60,999 nucleotides of DNA from Chromera velia. Lineage: Eukaryota. Below, in pieces: positions 58,571 through 60,999 of this stretch (position 1 is the stretch's first letter; each line of letters opens with the position of its first letter). Under the pieces are notes generated by a model, which was not told the origin of the DNA, did no database searches, and saw only the letters and a program-made list of their open reading frames with translations. Both the position numbers and the translations under genes were made by a program. The stretch covers positions 186,001-246,999 of the forward strand of contig JAHBMJ010000001.1 in assembly GCA_018398765.1 (NCBI GenBank). Direction: 5' to 3'.

Positions 58571-60999
58571 ACCCTCGACTTTTGTAGTCGCACTTCTGTA
58601 GTTGCCCCTCACCGCCGCCTAGCATTGCTACCCCCGACCGCCCAGGGCGCTTCCCCGCCAAGTATTACCCTCGACTTCTGTAGTCGCACTTCTGTAATCG
58701 CCCTTCACCACCGCCTAGCATTGCCCCCCCTGACCGCCCGGGGCGCTTAAAGTTCCCCGCCAAGTATTACCCTCGACTTCTATAGTTGCACTTTTCTAGT
58801 CACCCCTTGACGCCGCCTAGCATTGCCGCTCCCGGCCGCCTGAGGCGCTTCCTCGCTAACTTAAAGTATTACCCTCGACTTCTGTAGTCACACTTCTGTA
58901 GTTACACCTCACCGCCGCCTAGCATTGCCGCCCTCAACCGCCCGGGGCGCTTCCCCACCAAGTATTGCCCTCAACTTCTGTAGTCGCACTTCTGTAGTCG
59001 CCCCTCACCGCCGCCTAGCATTGCCGTCCCCGACCGCCTAGGGCGCTTCCCCACCAAGTATTGCCCTCGACTTCTATAGTTGCACTTCTGTAGTCGCCCC
59101 TCAACGCCGTCTAGCATTGCATGCTGCTCCCAACCGCCTGGGGCGCTTGAAATTCCCCGCCAAGTATTACCCTCGACTTCTATAGTCGCACTTCTGTAGT
59201 CACCCCTCACCACCGCTTAGTATTGCCGTCCCCGACTGCCCGGGGCGCTTGAAGTTCCCCACCAAGTATTACCCTCGACTTCTGTAGTTATACTTCTGTA
59301 ATCGCCCTTCACCACCGCCTAGCATTGCCCCCCCTGACCGCCTGGGGCACTTCCCCGCCAAGTATTACCCTCGACTTCTGCAGTCCTGTAGTCGCCCCTC
59401 AATGCTGCCTAGCATTGCCACCCCCGACTGCCCGGGGTGGTTCCCCGCCAAGTATTACCCTCGACTTCTATAGTCGCACTTCTGTACTCACCCCTCACCG
59501 CCGCCTAGCATCGCTACCCCCGACCGCCCGGGGCGCTTGAAGTTCCCCGCCAAGTATTACCTTCGACTTTTGTAGTCGCCCCTCACCGTCGCCTAGCATT
59601 GCCGCCTCCGACCGCCCCGGGCGCTTCCCCACCAAGTATTACCCTCGACTTCTGTAGTCGCACTTCTGTAGTCGCCCCTCAACGCCGCCTAGCATTGCCG
59701 CCCCCGACCGCTCAGGGCGCTTGAAGTTCCCCGTCAAGTATTACCCTCGACTTCTGTAGTCGTACTTCTGTAGTCGCCCCTCACCGCCAGCTAGCATTGC
59801 CACCCCCGACCGCCCGGAGTGCTTCTCTACCAAGTATTACCCTCGACTTCTATAGTCGCACTTCTGTAGTCGCCCCTCAATGCCGCCTAGCATTGCTATC
59901 CCCGACTACCCGGGGCGGTTCCCCGCCAAGTATTACCCTCGACTTCTGTAGTCACACTTCTGTAGTCACCGCTTACCGCCGTTTAGCATTGCCGTCCCCG
60001 ACCGCCCGGGGCGCTTCCCCACCAAGTATTACCCTCGACTTCTGTAGTTGCACTTCTCTAGTCACCCCTCACCGCCGCCCAGCATTGCCGCTCCCGACCG
60101 CCCGGGGTGCTTCCCCGCTAAGTATTACCCTCGACTTCTGTAGTTACACTTCTGTAGTCGCCCCTCACCACTGCCTAGCATTGCCGCCCCCGACCACCCG
60201 GGACGCTTCCCTACCAAGTATTACCCTCGACTTCTGTAGTTGCACTTCTGTAGTCGCCCCTCACCGCCGCCTAGCATTGCCGCTCCCGACCGCCCGGGGC
60301 GCTTCCCCGCTAGGTATTACCCTCAACTTCTGTAGTCGTACTTCTATAGTCGCCCCTCACCGCCGCCTAGCATTGCCGCCCTTGACCGCCCGGGATGCTT
60401 CCCCGCCAAGTATTACCCTCGACTTTTGTAGTCGCCCCTCACCGCCGCCTAGCATTGCCGCCTTCGACCGCCCGGGGCGCTTCTCCGCCAAGTATTACCC
60501 TCGACTTCTGTAGTCGCACTTCTGTAGTCACCCCTCACTGCCGCCTAGCATTGCCGCCCCCGACCGCCCGGGGCGCTTGAAGTTCCTTGCCATTGGCAAG
60601 TGATACCCTCGACTTCTGTAGTTGCAATTCTGTAGTCGCCCCTCACCGCCGCCTAGCATTGCTGCCCCCGACCGCCTGGGGCGCTTCCCCGCCAAGTATT
60701 ACCCTCGACTTCTGTAGTCACCCCTCACCGCCGCCTTGCATTGCTGTCCCCGACCGCCCAGGACGCTTCCCTGCCAAGTATTACCCTCGACTTCAGAATC
60801 TATAGTCGTACTTCTGTAGTCGCCCCTCACTGCTGCCTAGCATTGCCGCCTTTGACTGCCCGGGGCGGTTCCTCGCCAAGTATTACACTCGACTTCTATA
60901 GTTGCACTTCTGTAGTCGCCCCTCAACGCCGTCTAGCATTGCTACCCCCGACTGCCCGGGGCGCTTCCCCACTAAGTATTACCCTCGACTTCTGTAGTC
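58571..60999. repeat. About 96-bp satellite, roughly 25 copies, running off the window
   Basis: Consensus AAGTATTACCCTCGACTTCTGTAGTCGCACTTCTGTAGTCGCCCCTCACCGCCGCCTAGCATTGCCGCCCCCGACCGCCCGGGGCGCTTCCCCGCC. Variants carry a +6 nt insertion (GAAGTT) or lack the 14-nt internal duplication. Confidence 0.95.

Noticed and set aside
59797..60513. 238-aa ORF of 32-aa repeats
   Set aside because: It is a by-product of the 96-bp satellite period. Other units break the frame with 14-nt deletions and stops.
58571..60999. CRISPR array
   Set aside because: Head-to-tail repeats with no unique spacers.

Overview
Eukaryotic, intron-rich genomic DNA with GT-AG introns, microsatellite-laden introns and many TGCATGCA motifs. 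It looks like an alveolate, probably a chromerid such as Chromera; that assignment is my inference. Most short ORFs in the track are shadows of exons. (1) Positions 38-31608 (minus strand) hold one giant secreted/surface-protein gene that runs off the left edge. I traced 78 exons (about 4,600 aa in the window) and every intron is phase 1. It has a signal peptide, about 5 Cys-bracketed unknown domains, 2 SUEL/Gal_lectin domains, 27 calcium-binding EGF exons and about 46 Myxococcus-type cysteine-rich repeat exons, arranged in a two-level higher-order repeat. (2) An intronless secreted GH5 endoglycoceramidase-like gene sits head-to-head with it. (3) A 14-exon BCS1-like AAA ATPase lies on the minus strand. 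(4) An intronless, bacterial-type RelA/SpoT small alarmone synthetase-like gene has a signal-peptide-like leader one base out of frame. (5) A 1.5-kb TIR element is flanked by TA. (6) A 10-exon gene carries Sfi1-like W motifs and a C-terminal PH-like domain. (7) A 1.2-kb non-autonomous hAT element has an 8-bp target-site duplication. (8) A ~96-bp satellite runs to the right edge. All exon coordinates were read by eye, without transcript data.
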